From the NCBI GenBank assembly GCA_018607365.1, contig JABBBT010000033.1, positions 1 through 59,278 of the forward strand: DNA of 59,278 nucleotides. The letters run 5' to 3'. Below are positions 9,670-18,085 of this stretch, piece by piece. The stretch's first letter is position 1, and each line of letters begins with the position of its first letter. Made by a program: the position numbers and the translations under genes. The notes beneath the pieces were generated by a model that had not been told where the DNA came from, made no database searches, and was given only the letters and a program-made list of their open reading frames with translations. The DNA comes from SAR86 cluster bacterium. GTDB lineage: Bacteria; Pseudomonadota; Gammaproteobacteria; Magnimaribacterales; D2472.

Positions 9670-10782
9670 CTAATATGTGTTTGATTTTTCTAAGCCGCTA
9701 ACTAATTTTTCTTTCCAGTTCGGCAATGAGCCGATATTTACCGACAGAAGCTTAGACCTTTTGTAATAGAGGTGACAGTCATACTCCCAAGTAAAACCAT
9801 TTCCTCCGTGAGTTTGAATATTTTCTTTTGAACAAAGTTGAAAAGCTTTGGTTGAACTTACTCTTGCAGTTGCTGATGCAACAGATAGATCTGATGAGTC
9901 TGTAGACAAAGCCCATGCTGCATAATATGAATTTGATTTAGCTAATGTTATAGCAACATACATATCAGCTAATTTGTGTTTAATTGCCTGAAAGGAACCA
10001 ATTTGTCTCCCAAATGCATATCTTTCTTTTGCATAACTTGTTGCCATATCTAATGAGGCTTGAGAGCCACCAATTTGTTCAAAACTAAATAAAACTGCTG
10101 CTTGGTCTAAAAGGTTCTCATAGAAATCCCAGCCATTTGAATCATCGCCAATTAGTATGCTTGGAGTATTGTTGTATTCAACTGAAAAATGACCTCTACT
10201 TTCATCTATCGTATCTTGATGCTCAATAATTACTGAATCAGAAGAATGATCAACCAACCTTATGCATATGCCAGAGGTAGAATTTGAAACAACTAGTGAA
10301 TGTGTAGCTATTCCAGCATCAGGAACAGCAATTTTTCTTCCAGTTAAAAGGTTATTATCAGTTAATGTTTTAATATTAGTTTTTGAAGGAGCAAAAAGAT
10401 CTTCTGTTACCGCTAAAGTTCCAATAATATCTCCTGATATTAATCTTGGAAGAATTTCTTGTTTAACTTCTTCACTTGCATATTTAATAATTGCTTCTGT
10501 AAATAAATAAACTGAAGATGAGAAGGGTACAGGAGCTAAGTATCTTCCGAGCTCTTCTGCCACAACACATAATTCAAGGTGACCCAAGCCCAATCCTCCA
10601 TACTCCTCAGGTATTCTTATGCCAGTCCATCCTAATTCAACTATCTTGTTCCATAACTCTTTGTCTATGCTCTGCTTATCCTCAAGAACTTTTCTACTCC
10701 TATTAATAGAGCCTTCTTTTTCTAAAAACTTTCGGGCTTCACTTTGAAGGAATTTTTGGTCATCTGAGAAATCTAAATTCAT
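9670..10782 (-). CDS. Acyl-CoA dehydrogenase (partner subunit)
   Basis: IPEEYGGLGL, RYAFGRQIGSFQAIKHKLADM, IQTHGGNGFTWEYDCHLYYKR. Confidence 0.9.
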   Translation of the reverse strand: MNLDFSDDQKFLQSEARKFLEKEGSINRSRKVLEDKQSIDKELWNKIVELGWTGIRIPEEYGGLGLGHLELCVVAEELGRYLAPVPFSSSVYLFTEAIIKYASEEVKQEILPRLISGDIIGTLAVTEDLFAPSKTNIKTLTDNNLLTGRKIAVPDAGIATHSLVVSNSTSGICIRLVDHSSDSVIIEHQDTIDESRGHFSVEYNNTPSILIGDDSNGWDFYENLLDQAAVLFSFEQIGGSQASLDMATSYAKERYAFGRQIGSFQAIKHKLADMYVAITLAKSNSYYAAWALSTDSSDLSVASATARVSSTKAFQLCSKENIQTHGGNGFTWEYDCHLYYKRSKLLSVNIGSLPNWKEKLVSGLEKSNTY

Positions 10783-10841
10783 ATTTATCTAAATAGTTAA
10801 TGTAAAATATATTATAAAGTAGTTTTTTTAATAATTAATAC

Positions 10842-11492
10842 ATGAATCAAACAATGAAACCAAATAAATCATCGCCGGCATATCTAAAACAAAAGACATC
10901 AGGCGGTCTATTTGTAGGTTTTTTATATGTTTTAGTTTTTATGAGTATTCTAGCGTTGGGTATTTGGCAAAATATTGAATCTAAATCTAATAAAGAATCA
11001 TTAAACTCTATCAATGAAAGACTAATCGTTATCGAAGAGCAAATAAATATTGCTGATGAGATTAACAATGACTCACTTACTGATATATCAGCATCCATTC
11101 AGTTTCTTGATAAAGAGGTAAGAAAACTTTGGGATCTAAGTAATAAAAGAAATAAAGTGAATATAACTAAATTAACAGAAACTACAAATAAAATTAATGG
11201 CTCTATAAAAAATATAGAAATTTCAATAAAAGAAGCATCTAAAAAGATAGAATCTAATAAAGAAGATATCGTGAGCACTTCAAAAGATTTATCAGATCTT
11301 TTAAAAACTAATTCAGAAATTAATGATTTAGAAATAGCTTTAAGAGCGCTCGAAACCCAAATGATTTTGATGGATGATTCAGTAAGAGCTTTAAATAATT
11401 ATAAAACTCAACTAAATCAAACAATCTCTGAAATTCAAACTCAAATTTATTCTGCATCTCAAGAGGTATTAGAAATTGAAAACCAAGATTGA
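10842..11492 (+). CDS. Membrane-anchored coiled-coil hypothetical protein
   Basis: One N-terminal hydrophobic helix followed by a long heptad-like helical region. Confidence 0.75.
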   Translation: MNQTMKPNKSSPAYLKQKTSGGLFVGFLYVLVFMSILALGIWQNIESKSNKESLNSINERLIVIEEQINIADEINNDSLTDISASIQFLDKEVRKLWDLSNKRNKVNITKLTETTNKINGSIKNIEISIKEASKKIESNKEDIVSTSKDLSDLLKTNSEINDLEIALRALETQMILMDDSVRALNNYKTQLNQTISEIQTQIYSASQEVLEIENQD

Positions 11493-11523
11493 CAATAGTT
11501 TTAAATAATAGTTTTATATATTC

Positions 11524-11736
11524 ATGAACAAAACTTTACTACAAGTTTTTCTACTGCTTGCCTTTATTCCACTAGCAATTTTAGTTGGTTATGGGGTGCT
11601 AGTGGTTGCTCCAATATTTTGTTGCTTTCTTGCAATAAATTCATATAAGTTCAAAAATTACAAAGAAATGTATATCTGGATGAGTGTTGGAGTTCTTTCA
11701 TTTTTATTAGCTCTTTTTATGCTGGGTGTTCTATGA
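11524..11736 (+). CDS. Small hydrophobic membrane protein
   Basis: 70 aa, 2-3 hydrophobic segments; ATGA overlap with next ORF. Confidence 0.7.
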   Translation: MNKTLLQVFLLLAFIPLAILVGYGVLVVAPIFCCFLAINSYKFKNYKEMYIWMSVGVLSFLLALFMLGVL

Positions 11737-12119
11737 TTTTAAAAGGAATAATTCTTATCCTATCGATTTTTATGCTCTTGTTAGGGTTATTAAATGTTCT
11801 TACTCCAGGAGTAAACAATATTTTCATTCCTATTGAGATCAATGACCTAGATACGCGAATAATGGTTAGAAGCTTATCTGGCATTCTTATTGGAATTGGG
11901 TATTTATCTATTAGATTTATCTTCTCCTCTTCAAGAGTTCAAATTGGAAATGTTTTGCTGTCCATAACATTGTGCGCATTATTTTCAAAAATTTTTAGCT
12001 TTATATATGATGGTTTTACAACTTATTCAGTAACTGTTTTCTTTTTTGTAGTCTGTTATGGCATATGCTTATATTACCTTCAGAAAAAAAGAAAAAATCA
12101 GCTTGATTTTAATCTGTAA
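11733..12119 (+). CDS. Four-TM membrane protein (DUF4345-like)
   Basis: 128 aa, four hydrophobic helices; family call tentative. Confidence 0.65.
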   Translation: MILKGIILILSIFMLLLGLLNVLTPGVNNIFIPIEINDLDTRIMVRSLSGILIGIGYLSIRFIFSSSRVQIGNVLLSITLCALFSKIFSFIYDGFTTYSVTVFFFVVCYGICLYYLQKKRKNQLDFNL

Positions 12120-12174
12120 TTCCTGCCATAAAACCTCCCAAATAATTAATATTATCTATATAATGCTCCCATCT

Positions 12175-12259
12175 GGGGATGTGGTGGAACTGGTAGACAC
12201 GCTTGGCTTAGAACCAAGTGCCGCAAGGCGTGGGGGTTCGACTCCCTCCATCCCTACCA
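12175..12259 (+). tRNA. tRNA-Leu(TAG)
   Basis: Acceptor GGGGATG/CATCCCT, anticodon arm CTTGG-CTTAGAA-CCAAG, long variable arm, GTTCGA, CCA end; TATAAT at 12159-12164. Confidence 0.96.
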
Positions 12260-12331
12260 ATTAAGTAGATTGACTCTTTAGTTAAAAGCCCAAGAGACCT
12301 ATAATCCAATTACACACTTAATAATATTTAC

Positions 12332-13483
12332 ATGACATATTCAAAGAAAGATGAATCTATAAATAATCACTTTTTAAATGAATCCGATGCAATAGAAAGG
12401 ATTTTTAATCATATCGATAATGGAACCACCGATCTTGGTGATACAACTTGGAAAGAGCCGGTAAGTAATTATTATTCAAAAGATCGTTTTGATGCTGAAA
12501 TTTCTTTACTGAGAAGATCTCCTATTCCTTATTGTCCCTCAGCAGGGTTACCTGAAAATGGAAGCTATATAGCTAGAAGGGCATCAGGAACACCCTTGTT
12601 AGTGGTTAGAGGTGAGGATGGTATCGTTAGAGCCTTTATAAATGCATGCAAACATCGTGGTATGAAAGTTGCTGATGGAAGTGGGTGCAAAAAGAAAGCT
12701 TTTGTTTGTCCATATCATGCATGGGCTTATGGCTTAAATGGAAAGCTTAAAAACATTCCAGGCCAAGAGGCCTTTCCAGATTTAGATACCAATGATTTGG
12801 GGCTTACAGAAATAAGCGCAATTGAAAAGGGTGGAATTGTATATGTAATGCAGGAAGGAAAGATAGAAGATCATATGTTAGAAAACGCTATTGATTTTTT
12901 TGAACCTGAACAAAAAATGTTTAGTTATGGCGAGGTTGTCGATGAGGCTAACTGGAAACTATTAACAGAAACTCTTCTAGAGGGCTATCATATAAAATCT
13001 CTTCATAAAGATACTTTTTATCCTTTTGGCCTAGATAATATCAATCTTGTAGAGATATCTGGCTCCAACTCACGAGTTATTTTTCCTTTCAAAAGAATAG
13101 AAAAAATAAGGCATATAGATCCAAATGAAAGAAAATTAAATGGTGTTGCTACTTCAGTATTCCATCTATTTCCTAATGCAAGCGTTTCTATTTTATCAAA
13201 GCATTCAAGTCTAACAATCATGGAGCCCTTATCACCATCCAGTGTAAAAATAGTTAGTTATCTTATATACAATCCAAAATTAAATGGCAAAAATATATCC
13301 CTTGAAGAGGCAGAGAAGGATGCTCAGTTTGTTAATGAGTCAGGTCAAAATGAAGACAGAGAAGCTGCCAGAGCAATACAAGAAACAGTCACAACTTCAG
13401 CTAATACATATCTTACTTTTGGTTTTTTTGAAAAAGCAATTGTTAACTTTCATAAACATCTGACCCTAAGCCTTAATAAATAG
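12332..13483 (+). CDS. Rieske non-heme iron oxygenase alpha subunit
   Basis: Rieske motif NACKHRG...CPYHAW; mononuclear iron motif NWK...EGYHIKSLH...ED. Confidence 0.9.
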   Translation: MTYSKKDESINNHFLNESDAIERIFNHIDNGTTDLGDTTWKEPVSNYYSKDRFDAEISLLRRSPIPYCPSAGLPENGSYIARRASGTPLLVVRGEDGIVRAFINACKHRGMKVADGSGCKKKAFVCPYHAWAYGLNGKLKNIPGQEAFPDLDTNDLGLTEISAIEKGGIVYVMQEGKIEDHMLENAIDFFEPEQKMFSYGEVVDEANWKLLTETLLEGYHIKSLHKDTFYPFGLDNINLVEISGSNSRVIFPFKRIEKIRHIDPNERKLNGVATSVFHLFPNASVSILSKHSSLTIMEPLSPSSVKIVSYLIYNPKLNGKNISLEEAEKDAQFVNESGQNEDREAARAIQETVTTSANTYLTFGFFEKAIVNFHKHLTLSLNK

Positions 13484-13496
13484 AGTCACTGACAAG

Positions 13497-13524
13497 TTTA
13501 CAAACTATTATTTATATATATACT
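13497..13524 (+). promoter_or_regulatory. Putative sigma70 promoter of the arg leader/operon
   Basis: TTTACA (13497-13502), 16 nt, TATACT (13519-13524); predicted start at about 13531-13533. Confidence 0.55.
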
Positions 13525-13532
13525 GATTTGCA

Positions 13533-13577
13533 ATGATTAACACAAATACACGATTAAGACGGGTTCCCGCTTTATAG
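13533..13577 (+). CDS. Putative arginine attenuator leader peptide MINTNTRLRRVPAL
   Basis: ATG ATT AAC ACA AAT ACA CGA TTA AGA CGG GTT CCC GCT TTA TAG: three Arg codons within four codons, directly upstream of the arg operon. Confidence 0.8.
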   Translation: MINTNTRLRRVPAL

Positions 13578-13628
13578 CTGGGTCTTTTCTATTGTGAATT
13601 AGACCCAGCTTATGCTGGGTTTTTTTTT
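13556..13628 (+). promoter_or_regulatory. Transcription attenuator (protector, antiterminator and terminator hairpins)
   Basis: AGCTGGGTCT (13576-13585) is the exact reverse complement of AGACCCAGCT (13601-13610), which also forms the terminator stem; CCCGCT-ttat-AGC(t)GGG (13566-13582) is a candidate 1:2 hairpin. Confidence 0.85.
13601..13628 (+). terminator. Intrinsic terminator in the arg operon leader
   Basis: ACCCAGC-ttat-GCTGGGT followed by T8, ending 18 nt before the argF' ATG. Confidence 0.9.
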
Positions 13629-13646
13629 ATAAAAATAAAGGTAATT

Positions 13647-14648
13647 ATGAAAAATTTTATTTCTACGCAGGATTGGTCAAAATCAGATCTACAAGATATT
13701 TTAGATTATGCAAAAGAGCTAAAAGTAAATAAGTTTCAGGATAATTTAAAAAATAAATCTATTGCATTGATGTTTTTTAATCCATCTATGAGAACTAGGA
13801 CTAGCTTTGAGCTTGGCATCCAGCAATTAGGAGGACTTGCAGTAGTCCTTCATCCTGGAAAAGATGCTTGGCCAATTGAATTCAAATTAAATGAAGTCAT
13901 GGATACAGATTCAGAAGAACATATTATAGAAGTTGCAAAAGTGCTCTCTGAATATTGTGATTTAATAGCAATAAGGGCATTTCCTAAATTTATTAATCTT
14001 GAAGAAGATTTATCAGATAATGTTATTAAAAGTTTTGCAAAGTATGCAACTGTTCCAGTAGTTAATATGGAAACTATTACCCATCCTTGCCAAGAGCTTG
14101 CTCATATTTTAACTATGCAAGAACAGCTAGGCGATCTTTCTGGAAAAGATTACTTATTAACTTGGACATATCATCCAAAACCTTTAAATACTGCAGTAGC
14201 AAATTCATCCTTATTAATTGCAAGCAAGTTTGGTATGAACGTTAAGTTGCTTTGTCCCACAGAAGATTATTTACTTCATGATACATATATGCAGAATGCA
14301 GAAGAAAACTGTAATGCTAATGGCACCTCATTCTCAATAACTCATGACATCAAAGAAGGTTATAAAAATGCTGACGTTGTTTATGCTAAGAGCTGGGGTG
14401 CTCTTAGTTATTATGGAAATCCTGAGGATGAAAAGTTAATCAGAGATAGATATAAGCATTTTATTGTTAATGAAGAAAAAATGGCAATGACTAATAATGC
14501 TAAATTCAGTCACTGTCTTCCTCTAAGAAGAAACATCAAAGCAACAGATGGAGTTATGGATTCTGATTATTGTGTTGCCATACAAGAAGCAGGAAATAGA
14601 ATGCACGTTCAAAAATCACTACTATCAACTTTATTAAAGGATAAATAA
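13647..14648 (+). CDS. argF': N-acetylornithine carbamoyltransferase (AOTCase, Xanthomonas-type ArgF')
   Basis: FFNPSMRTRTSF (not STRT), SEEHIIEVAKVL, HPCQELAH, LTWTYHPKPLNTAVANS, HCLPLRRNIK. Confidence 0.9.
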   Translation: MKNFISTQDWSKSDLQDILDYAKELKVNKFQDNLKNKSIALMFFNPSMRTRTSFELGIQQLGGLAVVLHPGKDAWPIEFKLNEVMDTDSEEHIIEVAKVLSEYCDLIAIRAFPKFINLEEDLSDNVIKSFAKYATVPVVNMETITHPCQELAHILTMQEQLGDLSGKDYLLTWTYHPKPLNTAVANSSLLIASKFGMNVKLLCPTEDYLLHDTYMQNAEENCNANGTSFSITHDIKEGYKNADVVYAKSWGALSYYGNPEDEKLIRDRYKHFIVNEEKMAMTNNAKFSHCLPLRRNIKATDGVMDSDYCVAIQEAGNRMHVQKSLLSTLLKDK

Positions 14649-14651
14649 AAA

Positions 14652-15842
14652 ATGAAAAAAATTGTATTAGCTTTTTCAGGCGGATTAGACACAAGTTTCT
14701 GTGTTCCATACCTAATTGATAAAGGTTTTGAGGTTCATACTATATTTGTAAATACTGGGGGAACACCAAAGAAAGAGGAGGAAAAAATTACCAAAAGAGC
14801 AAATGAACTCGGAGCGAAAAAACATATTAATGTAAATGTTGATAATCTTTTATGGAATCAAATTATCAAGCCATTAGTTTGGTCTGGCGCTTTATATCAA
14901 GATAAATATCCAGCACTATGCTCGGATAGGTATCTTATAGTTTCAGAAGCAATAAAGCTCTGTAAAAAATTAAATACCAAATATATTTCTCATGGCTGCA
15001 CAGGAATGGGTAATGATCAGGTAAGGTTTGATCTCTCAATTCAAGCATTTGGCAAATACAAGACCATTACTCCTATAAGAGAAATACAAAATAAAGTTAA
15101 TGATGTAAGGGGGTATGAGCAGAAATATCTAGAAGATAAAGGTTTCAAGGTGTCATCTATACACTCGAAATATAGTATCAATGAAAACCTTATGGGGGCT
15201 ACTGTTTCTGGATCTGAAATAGACGAATGGAAAGAACCTTCCAAAGAAAGCTATATCCTTTGCAATACACCAGACAAATACCCCTCTAAATTAAAAAAGA
15301 TAGTAATAGAATTCTCAAAGGGTGAGGCTAAAAAAATTGATGGTGTTGCTATTAAAGGCCCAGAGCTATTAAGAATACTAAACAAGTTAGGTGGCAAGTA
15401 TGGCATTGGGAGAGAAATTTTTGCCAGCGACACGATTATAGGAATTAAGGGAAGATTTCTTTTTGAGTCTCCTGGTATAAATATACTTCAGTCTGCACAT
15501 AGAGCTTTAGAGGAATCTATTTTTACTGATAAACAAAACTTTTTTAAGCCTATTGTCGGTAAAAAATGGGTTGAATTAGTTTATGGTGGCTTTTATTTTG
15601 ACCCTTTAGCAAGAAATCTCGAAAATTTTTTACAAGATATTGAACTGCCTGTGAACGGCAAAGTAACAATGTTACTTTCACCAGGAAAGTCAGAAGCAGT
15701 AGCTGTTGAAGCTAAAAAAATACTAGTTAGTAAAGAAGCCATATATGCTCAGTCTGCCTCATGGGGTGTCGAAGAGTCAGCTGGTTTTATTAAATTACTT
15801 GGTCAAAGCACTGCAACTTGGACAGATATAAATAAAAAGTAA
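14652..15842 (+). CDS. argG: Argininosuccinate synthase
   Basis: LAFSGGLDTS, HGCTGMGNDQVRF, YSINENL. Confidence 0.96.
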   Translation: MKKIVLAFSGGLDTSFCVPYLIDKGFEVHTIFVNTGGTPKKEEEKITKRANELGAKKHINVNVDNLLWNQIIKPLVWSGALYQDKYPALCSDRYLIVSEAIKLCKKLNTKYISHGCTGMGNDQVRFDLSIQAFGKYKTITPIREIQNKVNDVRGYEQKYLEDKGFKVSSIHSKYSINENLMGATVSGSEIDEWKEPSKESYILCNTPDKYPSKLKKIVIEFSKGEAKKIDGVAIKGPELLRILNKLGGKYGIGREIFASDTIIGIKGRFLFESPGINILQSAHRALEESIFTDKQNFFKPIVGKKWVELVYGGFYFDPLARNLENFLQDIELPVNGKVTMLLSPGKSEAVAVEAKKILVSKEAIYAQSASWGVEESAGFIKLLGQSTATWTDINKK

Positions 15843-15843
15843 A

Positions 15844-17154
15844 ATGAACCAAAACTTTACTAAAGACACTATTTTAAAACTCCTCAGCGGGATGAGCAGT
15901 GAAAAAGAGATAAGAAAGTACTTAGATAGATTTTCTTCTGATGACTTTAGGTTTGCTGTAATTAAAGTTGGTGGAGCGGTAATAGAAAATGATTTAGAAA
16001 ATTTAATATCCTCTTTAGTATTTTTAAATGAAGTTGGCCTTAGACCAATTATTGTTCATGGAGGTGGTCCTAAGCTTTCAAGAGCACTAGAGGAAAAAAA
16101 AATACAGTTTTCATTTAAAGATGGCCAAAGAATTACTTCTAAAGAAGTACTAGATGAAGCTATTGATGTATTTAAGGCTGAAAATCAAAAAATTACATCT
16201 GCCTTGATTGAAAAGAATGTATCGGCTGTATCTTTGATTGATGATATTTTTAAGTGCATCATTCAAGATGAAGAATTGGGATTCGTTGGGTCTATTATTG
16301 AAACTAATTCAAATAAAATTAGGGATATTATTTCAAATGGAGGAGTTCCAGTAATAGCTCCAATGGGATATACAGATAAAAAACAAATAGTAAATATTAA
16401 TGGCGACAAGGCAACTCAGGCACTGGCAAAAGAAATATCTCCTGATAAAGTGATTTTTTTAAGTGAGATTGGGGGAATCCTTGATGGTTCAGATAACTTA
16501 ATCTCAACGATAAACATTAAAGATGATTATGAGAGATTAATGTCTGAAGGATGGCTCCACTCAGGAATGAAACTTAAGCTTAAAGAGATTAAGCTTCTCC
16601 TTGATCATCTTCCTTCTAACAGCTCGGTATCAATAACAAAACCTCTCTATTTAAATAGAGAACTTTTTACCGATGCTGGCTTTGGAACCTTGGTAAAGGC
16701 GGGCCATCACATAGATAAACTTAAAGAGTTAGATAATGTAAATAAAGACCACATTACCTCAATCCTAGAATCAGCATTTAAAGGAAAACTCGATAAAAAT
16801 TATTTTATTAATCAAGACAAAGAATATTATGTAAGTGGTTGTAGTAGAGCTTTGATAGCGATATCTCACTATCAAAAGATAGCTTATATGGATAAATTCG
16901 CAGTTAAAGCTGACGCTAGAGGAGAGGGGCTTGGTAATGCTATATGGAATAGGATGACAGCTGACCACAAAAAGGTTTTTTGGAGATCTAGACCAAATAA
17001 TTCAATAAACTTCTTTTATAAGAATGTTTGTGATGGCTTTCAAAAAACCAATGAATGGAATATCTTTTGGATTGGTATTAATAATCTAGATGAGCTTACC
17101 GAATGCATAAGAATGGCATCTAATCAACCTGAAACAATTGCATATGAAAAATAA
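15844..17154 (+). CDS. argB: Bifunctional-type N-acetylglutamate kinase/synthase (NAGS-K; kinase plus C-terminal NAT domain)
   Basis: FAVIKVGG, VHGGGP, NINGD, ELFTDAGFGTLV; C-terminal YMDKFAV...GEGLG...FWRSRPNNSINFFY. Confidence 0.9.
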   Translation: MNQNFTKDTILKLLSGMSSEKEIRKYLDRFSSDDFRFAVIKVGGAVIENDLENLISSLVFLNEVGLRPIIVHGGGPKLSRALEEKKIQFSFKDGQRITSKEVLDEAIDVFKAENQKITSALIEKNVSAVSLIDDIFKCIIQDEELGFVGSIIETNSNKIRDIISNGGVPVIAPMGYTDKKQIVNINGDKATQALAKEISPDKVIFLSEIGGILDGSDNLISTINIKDDYERLMSEGWLHSGMKLKLKEIKLLLDHLPSNSSVSITKPLYLNRELFTDAGFGTLVKAGHHIDKLKELDNVNKDHITSILESAFKGKLDKNYFINQDKEYYVSGCSRALIAISHYQKIAYMDKFAVKADARGEGLGNAIWNRMTADHKKVFWRSRPNNSINFFYKNVCDGFQKTNEWNIFWIGINNLDELTECIRMASNQPETIAYEK

Positions 17155-18085
17155 AATCAATATAGCGATGATTGGTGGTAGAGGTTTTGTAGGTCAGGAG
17201 ATAATTTCTATACTAAATGACCACCCAATATTTATGCTAAGTAAAGTTTTTTCTAAAACAGCTGCAGGTAAAGTAGTAGAGGGCTACAAGAAATCATCTA
17301 ATCTAAAGTACTGCCTTCTTGATATATCAAATTTGCAGTTAGAGGATATTGATATAGCAATCATGGCATTGGCTAATGATGAATCTGAATCCTATATAAA
17401 CATTATTAAAAAAGATTATCCAAATATAATATTTATTGATCTAAGCTCTGACCATAGATTAGATAAAACATGGGATTATAGGGTTCCCGAGCTTGCAACA
17501 AAAAAAGCAACTAAATTCATCAGTAATCCAGGATGCTATGCATCTGCAATACAATTTTCTTTGGCACCAATCAAAAATCTTATTTCTGGAAGAGTTAGTT
17601 CTATAGGCATCTCTGGTTATAGTGGAGCTGGAGCCTCACCAAATGACAAAAATAACCCTGTCAATCTTAAGAATAATATTATTCCATACTCTCTTACAAA
17701 TCATCTTCATGAGCAAGAGGTTTCAAAGCAATGCTATGAAGAAATATCTTTTAGCCCTCATGTCGGCAATTTTTTTAGAGGTATTCTTATAACATCTCAT
17801 ATACAACTTAAAACAAGTCAAACGAATCAAGAAATTTTAGGAACCTTTATTGATTTTTATCAAAACTCTAAATTAATCGAAGTTCTAGATGATATACCTA
17901 TGATTAATAAGGTTGCTAATACCCACAAGGTTTTAATAGGCGGAATATCTATTGATAATTCAGGAGTAAACTTAACAGTATGTTGCGCTCTTGATAACTT
18001 GCTTAAGGGAGCTGCTACACAAGTTATACAAAATCTTAATTCAGCATGTAGCCTAGATGAATTAATAGGAATAAATTATGAATAA
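17144..18085 (+). CDS. argC: N-acetyl-gamma-glutamyl-phosphate reductase
   Basis: GGRGFVG, DLSSDHR, ISNPGCYAS, SGYSGAG, DNLLKGAA; ATG 17144 preferred to TTG 17138. Confidence 0.95.
   Translation: MKNKINIAMIGGRGFVGQEIISILNDHPIFMLSKVFSKTAAGKVVEGYKKSSNLKYCLLDISNLQLEDIDIAIMALANDESESYINIIKKDYPNIIFIDLSSDHRLDKTWDYRVPELATKKATKFISNPGCYASAIQFSLAPIKNLISGRVSSIGISGYSGAGASPNDKNNPVNLKNNIIPYSLTNHLHEQEVSKQCYEEISFSPHVGNFFRGILITSHIQLKTSQTNQEILGTFIDFYQNSKLIEVLDDIPMINKVANTHKVLIGGISIDNSGVNLTVCCALDNLLKGAATQVIQNLNSACSLDELIGINYE

Noticed and set aside
12058-12264. 68-aa ORF in the ORF track
   Set aside because: Overlaps tRNA-Leu; spurious.
13484-13532. ArgR ARG box upstream of the arg operon
   Set aside because: No convincing TGAAT-N-ATTCA tandem palindromes; only AT-rich promoter sequence.
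13601-13628. Hairpin as merely the terminator of the Rieske gene
   Set aside because: It does not explain the perfect competing 10-bp repeat or the Arg-rich ORF, and it leaves only 18 nt before argF', too little for a separate promoter.
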